Part shown: positions 18,370-27,901 of the stretch, in pieces | How the letters are laid out: each line of letters opens with the position of its first letter | Position numbering within the stretch: the stretch's first letter is position 1 | Source: Marmoricola sp. | Lineage (GTDB): Bacteria > Actinomycetota > Actinomycetes > Propionibacteriales > Nocardioidaceae | Length of the DNA: 64,000 nt | Direction: 5' to 3' | Assembly (NCBI GenBank): GCA_046598425.1 | Contig: JBKJIN010000032.1 | Location: forward strand, 5,178-69,177 | Translations under genes and position numbers: made by a program | Notes under the pieces: model-generated | Database searches by the model: none | Told to the model about the DNA's origin: nothing | The model's input: only the letters and a program-made list of their open reading frames with translations

Positions 18370-20313
18370 ATGACGTTCACCGATCAGCACCTCGCCGCCC
18401 TGCGCCTGATCAGCGACACCTTCGCCCCCGGCGACGGCGCGGCCATCCCGCCGTCCAGCAAGGTCGGCGCTCCCGAGTTCGCGCTCGAGCTCGCGGGCAC
18501 GAACCCGCGTGAGGCGGAGCTGAACCAGCTCCGGACCCTCCTGAAACTCTGGGACACCCGCCTGCTCGGCTTCCTGCTCACTGGCCGGCCCCGGAAGTTC
18601 TCCAGCCTCGACCAGGCCGGCCGCGAGCGCGTGCTGCTCTCGCTCTCGGACTCCCGGCTCGCGGCGAAGCGCGCCCTGTTCGCCGCGCTCAAGGGGGCGG
18701 CCCTGTCGCCGTACTACATCATCGCGGGTTCGGTCCTGTGGGACTCGATGGGCTACGCGGGCCCTCCGGGGGTCCTCCCGGACGCGCCCGACCCGGTGCT
18801 CAAACCGGAGCACATCACCCAGGACGAGACGATCGTCTGCGACGTGGTGGTCGTCGGCTCAGGAGCCGGCGGCGGTACTGCTGCAGGGGTCCTCGCCGAG
18901 GCCGGGCTGGACGTGGTCGTGCTGGAGGCCGGCGAGTACCACGACGACCGCGACTTTGACGGCAGCGAGCGCACCGGCTTCAGCCAGCTGTACGCCGGCT
19001 CACCGGCCGTCACGTCCGAGGGTCAGGTCCAGCTCGTCGCGGGTCGAGGACTGGGCGGCGGCACCGTGGTCAACTACACGACGTCCTTCCCGACCCCAGA
19101 CCACGTGCGCGCCGAGTGGGCCGCCCTGGGCACCCCGCAGTTCCTCACCTCCGAGTACGACGACGCGCTGACTGCCGTGAACACGCGTCTCGGCGTGAAT
19201 CAGGACCACCCCGGGGCCGGGGTCCGCGACCAGGTCCTCGAGCGCGGCGCGACCGCGCTCGGTTGGAACGTCGCCGCGATGCCGCGCAACGTGATCGGCT
19301 GCGACCAGGGCATCGAGTGCGGCCGCTGCGGGATGGGCTGCCGGATCGGCGCGAAGCAGTCGGTCACCAAGACCTGGCTCGCCGATGCCGCCGAGAACGG
19401 CGCCCGGATCTATGTGGGCGCGCGCGCCCGGACCGTCACCGTCCAGAGCGGCAAGGCCATCGGGGTGACCGCAGTGTCAGCCGACGGCAAGGTGCTGACG
19501 GTGAAGTCGCGTGCCGTGGTCGTCGCCGCGGGCGCCATCCAGACCCCGGCGCTGCTGAAGCGCTCCGGGCTGGGGAACCCGAACATCGGCAAGTACCTGC
19601 GGCTGCACCCGGCCACCGCCCTCTGGGCGCGGGTCCCCGACCTGGTCAACCCATGGGAAGGCGCGACCCAGGCCCGGTACGTCAACACCTGGACCGACCT
19701 GGACGGCGACGGGTACGGCGTCCTGTTCGAGACCGCGCCGCTCACGCCCGCCTTCGGCTCCGGCTTCGTCAACTGGCGCAGCGGCGCCCAGCACCTCGAG
19801 CGGATGCAGGACCTCAAGCACATGCTCGGCGTCGCCATCATCGTCCGGGACAAGGGTCCGGGCGGCACCGTCAAGGTCGGCAAGGACGGCGAACCGATCG
19901 CGAGCTACACCCTCTCCCCCGGCGACACCGAGCACTTGATGCGCGGGTTCGACCTCGCCGCCCAGATCGGCGAAGCCGCGGGCGCGACGCAGATCTACAC
20001 CACCCATCACCGGACGATGGGCTACGAACCGGGCAGACGCGGGAGCCGGGAGTCGTTCATGGCTCAGGTCCGCAAGGAGGGCGCGGCGCCGGCGAAGCTG
20101 GCACTGGCTGCACTGCACATCATGGGCAGCGCGCGGATGGGTGGCTCACCGGAGGTCTCGGCCCTCAATCCCGACGGGGAGACCTGGGACGTCAAGGACC
20201 TCGTGGTCGCGGACGCGTCCTGCTTCCCGACCGCCTCCGGGGTGAACCCGATGATCTCGATCGAGTCGATCGCGTACATGAACGCCAAGCGGCTGGCGGC
20301 CAGACTGCGCTGA
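18370..20313 (+). CDS. GMC oxidoreductase (long-chain fatty alcohol oxidase-like)
   Basis: VVGSGAGGG, GGGTVVNY, CGRCGMGC, HIMGSARMG, SGVNP. Confidence 0.88.
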   Translation: MTFTDQHLAALRLISDTFAPGDGAAIPPSSKVGAPEFALELAGTNPREAELNQLRTLLKLWDTRLLGFLLTGRPRKFSSLDQAGRERVLLSLSDSRLAAKRALFAALKGAALSPYYIIAGSVLWDSMGYAGPPGVLPDAPDPVLKPEHITQDETIVCDVVVVGSGAGGGTAAGVLAEAGLDVVVLEAGEYHDDRDFDGSERTGFSQLYAGSPAVTSEGQVQLVAGRGLGGGTVVNYTTSFPTPDHVRAEWAALGTPQFLTSEYDDALTAVNTRLGVNQDHPGAGVRDQVLERGATALGWNVAAMPRNVIGCDQGIECGRCGMGCRIGAKQSVTKTWLADAAENGARIYVGARARTVTVQSGKAIGVTAVSADGKVLTVKSRAVVVAAGAIQTPALLKRSGLGNPNIGKYLRLHPATALWARVPDLVNPWEGATQARYVNTWTDLDGDGYGVLFETAPLTPAFGSGFVNWRSGAQHLERMQDLKHMLGVAIIVRDKGPGGTVKVGKDGEPIASYTLSPGDTEHLMRGFDLAAQIGEAAGATQIYTTHHRTMGYEPGRRGSRESFMAQVRKEGAAPAKLALAALHIMGSARMGGSPEVSALNPDGETWDVKDLVVADASCFPTASGVNPMISIESIAYMNAKRLAARLR

Positions 20314-20321
20314 CCAATAGG

Positions 20322-20918
20322 TCAGGGCAAGTCGAGGGCGGGGACCAGGGTCCGGGTCAGGAACGCGCGCAGGCGGGCATCGGTGCGGGTGTGCTCGCTG
20401 GCGTAGCTCAGCACCGAGAGCAGGAACCTCAGAGCAATCTCGACGATCTCGTCCTGGCGGGCCAGGAGTTCCGGCTCCTCGCGCAGGACAGGGCGCATGA
20501 AGGCGCCGGCAAGGTCCAGCATCGACCGCGAGATAGTGCCGGCATCGATCAGGCCGGGCCGGTTCCCGAGATCTACCACCAGGACTGCGACCGGGTCCGC
20601 ACGGAACTCCCGGTGGGCGGCGACGATGAACTCAACGATGGACGCAGCCACCCCTTCGGCACGGCCGACGTCTCGCGCGATCCGTGTACTCAGACCGAGT
20701 GCCGCGTCCTCGACAGCCACGTGGATGAGCTCCTCGACGTCGCGGAAGTGCGCGTAGATGGTCGGCCGGGAGATTGCGGCCTCTCGGGAGATCGCGCTGA
20801 TCGTGGTGCCGGCCACTCCCTCGGCGCGGAGCAGCGCCAGGGTTGCATCGATGATCCGGCGCCGCGTCTGGGGCGCGGGGCCGCGACCGGTGCGCACCGG
20901 TGCAGAGGTGGTGGTCAC
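20322..20918 (-). CDS. TetR/AcrR family regulator
   Basis: TTISAISREAAISRPTIYAHF; divergent from the sulfotransferase operon. Confidence 0.88.
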   Translation of the reverse strand: MTTTSAPVRTGRGPAPQTRRRIIDATLALLRAEGVAGTTISAISREAAISRPTIYAHFRDVEELIHVAVEDAALGLSTRIARDVGRAEGVAASIVEFIVAAHREFRADPVAVLVVDLGNRPGLIDAGTISRSMLDLAGAFMRPVLREEPELLARQDEIVEIALRFLLSVLSYASEHTRTDARLRAFLTRTLVPALDLP

Positions 20919-20925
20919 GGCGCCC

Positions 20926-20960
20926 ACTATACTTGACAGTTTGAGAAGTAACTGTAAGGT
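20926..20960. promoter_or_regulatory. overlapping divergent leaderless promoters with TetR operator
   Basis: + strand TTGACA-N16-TAAGGT-N7-ATG; - strand TATAGT-N7-GTG; inverted repeat CTTGACAGT…ACTGTAAG. Confidence 0.7.
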
Positions 20961-20967
20961 TTCGTGG

Positions 20968-22236
20968 ATGCCGGCGCCGATCCGGATCGACGACCTCGCC
21001 TCGCCGATCCTCACCCCCGAGCAGCAGAGCGTGCTCGCCTACACCGACTCGCTCGATATCGACCTGGGCCCTGACGCCCTGCACACCGCGGCGGCCGACC
21101 TTGCCGGGAGCAGCGACTTCGGCGATCCCGCGTACCGACACCGCCTGTCCCTGTACCTGAAGGCGGTCACCGACGACAACGGTCTGAGTAGCCTCGGCCG
21201 TCTCGTCCAGCGCAACCGGGTCACCCGGCTGCTGACCAGCCGGGCCCTGCTCAACGACCTGCTCCGCCGCTACCCGGAGATCCGCGACATAGAGATCGCG
21301 ACCCCGCTGATCGTCGTCGGGCTCCCCCGCTCGGGCACCACCCACCTGGTCAACCTGATCGCCGCGGACTCCCGGCGCCGGGCACTCCCCTACTGGGAGA
21401 GCCAGGAGCCGTTCCCCCGTCCCGGTGAGGGGCCCGGCGTCGACGGCGTCGACCCCCGGTTCACCCGGATCGCCGCCGAGCACGCCTCGGAGCAGTCGAT
21501 AGCCCCGCTGACCAAGGCGATGCACGACCGATTCCCGGCCGCGATCGAGGAGGAGGTCGAACTGCTCGACCTGGACTTCTCCTCGTACACGCTGGAGTGG
21601 CACGCCCGGGTCCCCGGCTGGCGGGACGCGTACTACGACTTCGACCAGGATGCGCACTACACCTACCTGCGCATGGTGCTCCAGGCGCTGACCTTTCTGC
21701 GCGGGCCCCGCCGGTGGGTCCTGAAGTCCCCGCAACACCTGGAGCAGCTCGGGCCCCTGATGCGGACCTTCCCGGACGCGACGGTTGCCTTCACCCACCG
21801 CGACCCGGTCGCGGTGCTGCAGTCGGCGATCACGATGCTCGCGTACGGCGACCGGATCCGGCGTACCGAGTTCGACGCGTCGGGGCTCGCCGACTACTGG
21901 GCCGACCGGATCGAGCGGTTGCTCACCGCGTGCGTCCGCGACCGGGCCCTAGTGCCGGCCGAGCAGAGTCTTGACGTCCGCTTCGACACCTTCATGAAGG
22001 ACGATCTCGGGGTCGTGGAGAAGTTCTACGAGGTCGCCGGGGTGGAGCTGAACGGTCGCGCCCGGCGCGAGCTCCAGGCCTACCTGGATGCCAATCCGCG
22101 TGGCAAGCACGGCCGGGTCGTCTACGACCTGGCAGGCGACTTCGGGGTAGACCCGGACGCCCTGCACGAGCGCTACGCCTTCTACACCGACCGGTTCGGC
22201 ATCACCCGGGAGACCGGGACAAAGGAGAAGCTGTGA
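20968..22236 (+). CDS. sulfotransferase family protein
   Basis: 5'-PSB loop GLPRSGTTHL, LKSPQH, 3'-PB HRDPVAVLQS. Confidence 0.9.
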   Translation: MPAPIRIDDLASPILTPEQQSVLAYTDSLDIDLGPDALHTAAADLAGSSDFGDPAYRHRLSLYLKAVTDDNGLSSLGRLVQRNRVTRLLTSRALLNDLLRRYPEIRDIEIATPLIVVGLPRSGTTHLVNLIAADSRRRALPYWESQEPFPRPGEGPGVDGVDPRFTRIAAEHASEQSIAPLTKAMHDRFPAAIEEEVELLDLDFSSYTLEWHARVPGWRDAYYDFDQDAHYTYLRMVLQALTFLRGPRRWVLKSPQHLEQLGPLMRTFPDATVAFTHRDPVAVLQSAITMLAYGDRIRRTEFDASGLADYWADRIERLLTACVRDRALVPAEQSLDVRFDTFMKDDLGVVEKFYEVAGVELNGRARRELQAYLDANPRGKHGRVVYDLAGDFGVDPDALHERYAFYTDRFGITRETGTKEKL

Positions 22237-23249
22237 AGCAGGTACGCATCCATGCCGTCGGCGACGTGCGGGTCGACCAGGTCCCTGAGCCGACCGCAGG
22301 GCCGCGCGACGCGGTCGTCCGGGTGGCCGCGTGCGGGATCTGCGGGTCCGACCTGACGTTCGTGAAAATGGGGCCGTTCACGCCGGACGGATCCCCGATG
22401 CCGATCGGCCACGAGCTGGCCGGCACCGTGATCGAGGTCGGCACCGAGGTCACCCGGTACGCCGTCGGCGACCGGGTCGTCGTGCTGCCGGGCAACGACG
22501 ACCTCGGGCGGATCGGTTGCGGGACCGAGCACGGCGGCCTCGCCCCGCTGCTGCTCGTCGGTGAGGCCGACGTCCGCCTGTACGCCGTACCCGACGGCAT
22601 CGACCTGGTCACCGCCGCCCTCGCCGAGCCGCTGGCCGTGGGGATGAACGCGGTCGACCAGGCGGACGTCGGTGCGGGTGACGCGGTGGCGGTCTTCGGC
22701 TGCGGTCCGGTCGGGCTGGCGGCGATCGCCACCCTCGCCGACCGCGGGATCACCCGCCTGGTCGCGATCGACCCGTCCGCGAAGCGCCGCGAGCTGGCGC
22801 TGGAGCTCGGCGCGAGCGAGAGCATCGACCCGCTCACCGAGAAGGTCTGGGAGCGTCTCCGCACGCTGCACGGGAGCGTGCCGACCATGCTCGGGCCGAC
22901 ACCCGGCACCGATGCCTTCATCGAGGCCACCGCGGTGGGACCGGTCTTCGCCGAGATCGTGGCGAACGCCAAGCCCGGTTCGCGGATCTCAGTGGTGGCC
23001 GTCCACAACGACGACGTCCCGATCAGTCTGCTCGCGGTGATGATGAAGCAGCTGACCATCCGCGGCTCGATGGAGTACCCGGCACGGTTCGAGTCGGCGT
23101 TGGAGCTGCTCGCTCGCCGCGACCTCTCCGCGATGGTCACCCACCGGTTCGACGTCGCAGACTTCGACGACGCGCTCGCCCTGCTGCAGACCTCCAAGGA
23201 GTGCGGCAAGGTGCTGATCACGATGGGCCACCCGGACGGCGCCGCGTGA
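22233..23249 (+). CDS. zinc-binding alcohol dehydrogenase (MDR)
   Basis: CGSD, GHE, GCGPVG; lacks the structural-Zn 4-Cys loop. Confidence 0.9.
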   Translation: MKQVRIHAVGDVRVDQVPEPTAGPRDAVVRVAACGICGSDLTFVKMGPFTPDGSPMPIGHELAGTVIEVGTEVTRYAVGDRVVVLPGNDDLGRIGCGTEHGGLAPLLLVGEADVRLYAVPDGIDLVTAALAEPLAVGMNAVDQADVGAGDAVAVFGCGPVGLAAIATLADRGITRLVAIDPSAKRRELALELGASESIDPLTEKVWERLRTLHGSVPTMLGPTPGTDAFIEATAVGPVFAEIVANAKPGSRISVVAVHNDDVPISLLAVMMKQLTIRGSMEYPARFESALELLARRDLSAMVTHRFDVADFDDALALLQTSKECGKVLITMGHPDGAA

Positions 23250-24490
23250 CCGGGCACGCCACCGGGATCTGGCGCACCCGCCCGGGCGCCGATCAGCTCG
23301 CCCCGGCAGGCGCCGAGCGCGCGACCGAGATCGCCCCCGGGATCTGGATGTCCCCCGGGCTGTCGAACTCCTACCTGATCACCACCGGCGAAGGCCGGGT
23401 GGTGATCAACACCGGGATGGGCTTCGAGGGCCCCGTCCACCGCGCCTTGTACGACGAGGTCGACGACTCTCCGGTCCGCTACGTGATCCTCACCCAGGGC
23501 CACTACGACCACGTCGGCGGCATCGAGCACTTCGCCGAGGTCGGCACCGACGTGGTGGCTCAGGCCGCCTGGAAGACCTGGCGCGACGACAACGAGCGGC
23601 TGGCGAGCTTCCGGGTCAACAACTCGGCCTTCGCGTTCATGGACCGGGTGCTGGCCGGGATGCAGGCGACAAAGGAGCGCTTCCCGGACGCCTCGCAGGC
23701 CCAGGGCTCCCCGACCCCGACCGTGGTGGTCGAGGACCGGATGACCCTGGAGGTCGGCGGCCGCCGGCTCGAGCTGATCGCCGTAACGGGCGGGGAGACC
23801 ACCGACTCGCTGGTGGTCTGGTTGCCCGAGGAGAAGATCTGCTTCTCCGGCAACACCTTCGGCCCGCTGTTCGCGCACGTGCCGAACCTGGTCACCATCC
23901 GCGGCGACCGCTACCGCGACGCGCTCACCGTGATCGACTCGATCGAGACCGTCCGCGCCCTCGGGGCCGAGACCCTGGTGACCGGGCACTTCGACCCGGT
24001 CCACGGCGCCGCCTTGATCGACGGCGAGCTGGGCCGGCTGCGGGACGCGGTCCAGCACATCCACGACGAGACGGTTCGCGGCATGAACGCCGGGACCGAC
24101 GTCCGGACGCTGATGGCGACCATCACGCTGCCCGAGCACCTCGACATCGGCGAGGGGTACGGCAAGGTCTCCTGGGACGTTCGCGCGATCTGGGAGAACT
24201 ACGGCGGCTGGTTCCACCACTCCTCGACCACCGAGCTCTACCCGGTCGGACCGGAGTCCGTGCACGAGGACCTGGTCGCCCTGGCCGGCGCGGACGCGAT
24301 CGTCGAGCTTGCCTCCCACCGCTTGAGCCGCGGCGAGGCGCTCGAGGCGATCCACCTGGCCGAGATCGTCGGCCGCGAGAACGACGGCGCGCGGGCGGTG
24401 CTGGAGGTTGCTCACCGGCAACTGCTCGCCACGTCGACCAACTTCTGGGAGAGCGCCTGGCTCACCCGTCAGATCGAGGAGCTCTCGTGA
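23246..24490 (+). CDS. MBL-fold alkyl/aryl sulfatase-like hydrolase
   Basis: TQGHYDH, GGETTD, PNLVTIRG, GYGKVSWDVRAIWENYGGWF (alkyl sulfatase dimerization region). Confidence 0.82.
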   Translation: MTGHATGIWRTRPGADQLAPAGAERATEIAPGIWMSPGLSNSYLITTGEGRVVINTGMGFEGPVHRALYDEVDDSPVRYVILTQGHYDHVGGIEHFAEVGTDVVAQAAWKTWRDDNERLASFRVNNSAFAFMDRVLAGMQATKERFPDASQAQGSPTPTVVVEDRMTLEVGGRRLELIAVTGGETTDSLVVWLPEEKICFSGNTFGPLFAHVPNLVTIRGDRYRDALTVIDSIETVRALGAETLVTGHFDPVHGAALIDGELGRLRDAVQHIHDETVRGMNAGTDVRTLMATITLPEHLDIGEGYGKVSWDVRAIWENYGGWFHHSSTTELYPVGPESVHEDLVALAGADAIVELASHRLSRGEALEAIHLAEIVGRENDGARAVLEVAHRQLLATSTNFWESAWLTRQIEELS

Positions 24491-25239
24491 CCAGCAACGC
24501 CGTCACCTTCGACTTCACCGGAGCCCGGGTCCTGGTCACCGGCGGCACCAGCGGCATCGGCCACGGCATCGCGACGGCGTACCGCAACGCAGGGGCGCAG
24601 GTCACGATCACGGGCACCCGCAGCGCGGTGTCCGAGTACGACGTCGACCTGACCGGCCTGGAGTACCGACAGGTCGCCATGGGCGACGCTGATGCGGTGA
24701 CCGCTCTCGGCGGGTCGTTCGCGACCCTGGACGTGCTGATCAACAACGCCGGTGCCACCTTCGCCGGCGGGCTCGACGAGTACGACCCGGCCGGCTTCGA
24801 GGAGGCCCTTCGGGTCAATCTCCAGGGCGCCTACCGGCTGACCCACTCCTGCCACGCAGCCCTCAAGACGTCCGAGGCGCGCGGCGGCGCGAGCGTGGTC
24901 AGCCTGGTCTCGATGGCCGCCTTCCGGGCGATCCCGCTGGTGCCCGGGTACGCCGCCGCCAAGGCCGGGCTGGTCTCGATGACCCAGACCCTGGCCGCGC
25001 GCTGGGCCCCGGACAGCATCCGGGTCAACGCGGTCGCGCCGGGCAACATCGAGACCCCGATGACTGCTCCGATGGCCGCGCTCCCCGACCTCGTCGCGGA
25101 GCAGCTCGCGCACGTGCCGCTGGGCCGCTTCGGGACGGTCGAGGAGATCGTGCCGGCAGTGCAGTTCCTCAGCTCGGCGGCGGCGTCGTACGTGACCGGC
25201 GCGGTGCTGGCCGTCGACGGCGGCTACCTGACCTGCTAG
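24487..25239 (+). CDS. SDR family oxidoreductase
   Basis: TGGTSGIG, NNAG, YAAAK, VDGG. Confidence 0.92.
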   Translation: MTSNAVTFDFTGARVLVTGGTSGIGHGIATAYRNAGAQVTITGTRSAVSEYDVDLTGLEYRQVAMGDADAVTALGGSFATLDVLINNAGATFAGGLDEYDPAGFEEALRVNLQGAYRLTHSCHAALKTSEARGGASVVSLVSMAAFRAIPLVPGYAAAKAGLVSMTQTLAARWAPDSIRVNAVAPGNIETPMTAPMAALPDLVAEQLAHVPLGRFGTVEEIVPAVQFLSSAAASYVTGAVLAVDGGYLTC

Positions 25240-25679
25240 TCGCCCTCGCCCCGCCGGAGCACCAGTCGTGACAGCACCACCTGGGACCGGGTCCTGACCA
25301 CGGTCCCGTCGGCCTGCAGCTCGCGGATGAGCCGCTCGAGGTCGCCGTTGTCGCGGGTCCGGACGTGGGCGATCGCGTCGGCCTCCCCGGTGACGCTCCA
25401 GGCCTCGACGACCTCGGGGACCGCCCGCAACGATGCGGCGACGGCGTCGAGGGTGACGCCGGGACCGTAGAAGAGCTCGATCAACGCTTCGGCGCCGTAC
25501 CCGAGCGCCTGGTGATCGACGACCGCGGTGAACCCCTTCAGGGTCCCGGTACGGCGCAACCGGTCGACCCGGCGCTTCACCGCCGGGGCCGAGAGCGAGA
25601 CCCGTTGGGCGATGTCGTCGAACGTCCGACGCCCATCCTCGGACAGCAACGCAAGGATTTGCCGGTCAACCTCATCCAT
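25236..25679 (-). CDS. Lrp/AsnC family regulator
   Basis: MDEVDRQILALLSEDGRRTFDDIA…LSAPAVKRRVDRL, VTGEAD. Confidence 0.92.
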   Translation of the reverse strand: MDEVDRQILALLSEDGRRTFDDIAQRVSLSAPAVKRRVDRLRRTGTLKGFTAVVDHQALGYGAEALIELFYGPGVTLDAVAASLRAVPEVVEAWSVTGEADAIAHVRTRDNGDLERLIRELQADGTVVRTRSQVVLSRLVLRRGEGD

Positions 25680-25753
25680 ACGCAAGATTCTGCCGCATCG
25701 AGGCATCCTTTCGGCATTGAATGCCGCATCAGCAGGGCCCTAGGCTCGACCGT

Positions 25754-27859
25754 ATGCCGACCGCGACCGCGCCTGCTCCCGTTGTCCGCGTCCTTTTCGA
25801 CGAATCCCACGGAGAGGCATGGACCATCTCCGCAGACCGGGCCGCCGAGCTCCAGCCGGCCCACCCCGCTGACTCCTCGTACGCCGCAGCCGCCGCCGCG
25901 CTCGCGGACCGGGAGCTCGCCGTCAAGGCACACCGCGACGGCCTGCTCGACGCCGCGACCCTGGCCGAAGTCGACGTCCTGGTGATCGCGCACCCGTCCG
26001 AGGCGAAGTGGGAGAAGACCGACGGGCGGTCACCGGTCTTCGCCGCCGCCGAGCTCGACGCGATCGAGGCGTGGGTCCGCGCCGGGGGCGGGCTGGTCGT
26101 CCTCGGCGAGACCGAGCAGGACAAGTACGGCAGCAACCTCGGCGACCTGGCTGCGCGTTTCGGGATCGGATTCACCAACGCCACCGTCTACGACTACGAG
26201 CACCAGCACGGGGGCAACCCGGCCTGGGTCCTCAGCGAGCGCGCAGCGGGCCGGGCAACGGTCGGACGGGCCGACCTGCTGGCGCGCGTCGACGCGGCGG
26301 CGTTCTACCGGGCCGGATCGCTCGAGCTTCTCAACGGTGCGGCACCCGTACTCCGTACGGCCGCCACCGCCGACCCCGCTGGCGCCACCCTGATGGCGGC
26401 GACGCTCGCCGACCAGGGCCGGATCGCTGTCTTCGCCGACTCCGACCTCTTCGGGGACGACTGCCTCGACGACCTCGACCACCGCAGCCTCTGGGTGGAC
26501 ACGATCACCTGGGCGGGCCACGCCGCCTTCGCCCGGGCCGGTGGGGATGCAGTTGCCGCCGCGGTCCTCGACGACCAGCACTGGCTCGACCTCAAGCGCG
26601 AGGTCGACGAGCTGCGGCTGCTCCAGGAGCCCGACGGGAGCATCGAGACCGCCCTGCACGACGCCGACGACCTGACCGGGCGCGTCGAGAGGATCGCTGC
26701 CGCAGTCGAGGGCCTCACGCCCCGGTTCCCCCACCAGCAGGCCTATCTCGCGGCGACGGTGGCCGACCTCAGCGCCTGGGTCCAGAGCGCGTTCGTACGC
26801 CCGGACTTCTCCCGCTCCCTGCACGAATTCCGCCCTGAGCTCGACCGGCGCAACGACATCGAGCACCTGGTCCTCTTCCCGATGTACACCCAGAACGGCT
26901 CCCCGGACACCCGGTTCGAGGCGCTCGTCGTCCGGGTGCCGTGGCCGGACTGGTTGGCCGAGCTGGAGCGGACCCGGTACGACAACGCCAAGTTCGTCCC
27001 GGTCACCTTCGTCGACCGCACCGCCGGGTACGACAGCGAGTGCGCCGTCCTCTTCCCGGAGACCTTCGCCATCGCCGGACCACCGGAGAACAACTTCGGC
27101 GGCATCTTCTGCGACCGCGAGGCTGAGCGGTTCCGCCGGGTCTGCGGCGCCGCCACCGAGATCCTCGGCGTCAACCTGCCCGCCGACGCCGAGGCGCTGC
27201 TCTCCTCGCCGCGGCTCTCCCAGGAGGCCTTCGTTCTCTGGGACCTGATCCACGACCGGGCCCACAGCCGAGGCGACCTGCCGTTCGACCCGTTCATGAT
27301 CCGGAAGCGGATGCCGTACTGGATGTACTCCCTCGAGGAGCTGCGCTGCGACCTGACCGCCTTCGGCGAAGCCGTCGCGCTGGAACGCGAGGGGCTGGCG
27401 TTCGCCCGGCACGTGCAGACCGCGATTCTGTTCGACCGACTCTTCCGGTTCCCGGTCACCGGCTCGCGGGTGCGCAACTACGACGGCCTCGGCGGCCAGT
27501 TGCTGTTCGCGTTCCTGCACGACCGCGGCACGATCCGGTGGACCGACAACCGGCTCACGATCGACTGGAAGACCGTTGCCGAGGCCGTGGTCGCGCTGCG
27601 TGAGAAGGTTGAGGCGCTCTACCGTTCCGGCATCGACCTGGAGAAAGTGCGCTACTGGATGTCCGCCCACGAACTCATCAGCACGTACGTCGCCCCGTCG
27701 GTCACCTCGGCCTGGGCGGACCGCGCTCGCTCCCTCTACGACGAGCCGGACCCCAGGAAGTGGGTCGACGCCGTGCAGGACGACGAGTTCCCGTTAAGCG
27801 TCTTCTACACCCAGCTCCAGCCGAAGCTGGCACCTGCTCTCGTTGGGAGCCCGGCATGA
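25754..27859 (+). CDS. DUF6421 family protein with N-terminal GIFT/DUF4350 (GATase-like) domain
   Basis: C-part HLVLFPMYTQNG, SECAVLFPE, WDLIHDRAHSRGDLPFDPFMI, EELRCD; N-part VLFDESH…WVRAGGGL…DSDLFGD. Confidence 0.8.
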   Translation: MPTATAPAPVVRVLFDESHGEAWTISADRAAELQPAHPADSSYAAAAAALADRELAVKAHRDGLLDAATLAEVDVLVIAHPSEAKWEKTDGRSPVFAAAELDAIEAWVRAGGGLVVLGETEQDKYGSNLGDLAARFGIGFTNATVYDYEHQHGGNPAWVLSERAAGRATVGRADLLARVDAAAFYRAGSLELLNGAAPVLRTAATADPAGATLMAATLADQGRIAVFADSDLFGDDCLDDLDHRSLWVDTITWAGHAAFARAGGDAVAAAVLDDQHWLDLKREVDELRLLQEPDGSIETALHDADDLTGRVERIAAAVEGLTPRFPHQQAYLAATVADLSAWVQSAFVRPDFSRSLHEFRPELDRRNDIEHLVLFPMYTQNGSPDTRFEALVVRVPWPDWLAELERTRYDNAKFVPVTFVDRTAGYDSECAVLFPETFAIAGPPENNFGGIFCDREAERFRRVCGAATEILGVNLPADAEALLSSPRLSQEAFVLWDLIHDRAHSRGDLPFDPFMIRKRMPYWMYSLEELRCDLTAFGEAVALEREGLAFARHVQTAILFDRLFRFPVTGSRVRNYDGLGGQLLFAFLHDRGTIRWTDNRLTIDWKTVAEAVVALREKVEALYRSGIDLEKVRYWMSAHELISTYVAPSVTSAWADRARSLYDEPDPRKWVDAVQDDEFPLSVFYTQLQPKLAPALVGSPA

Positions 27860-27901
27860 GCCACAGCATGAGCCACAGCATGAGCAACGGCATGAACGGC
27901 G
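27854..27901. repeat. 12-bp tandem repeat x4 (GCATGAGCCACA) at the stop/start junction
   Basis: 2 perfect and 2 degenerate copies, each containing ATGA; encodes MSHSMSHSMSNGMNG. Confidence 0.85.
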
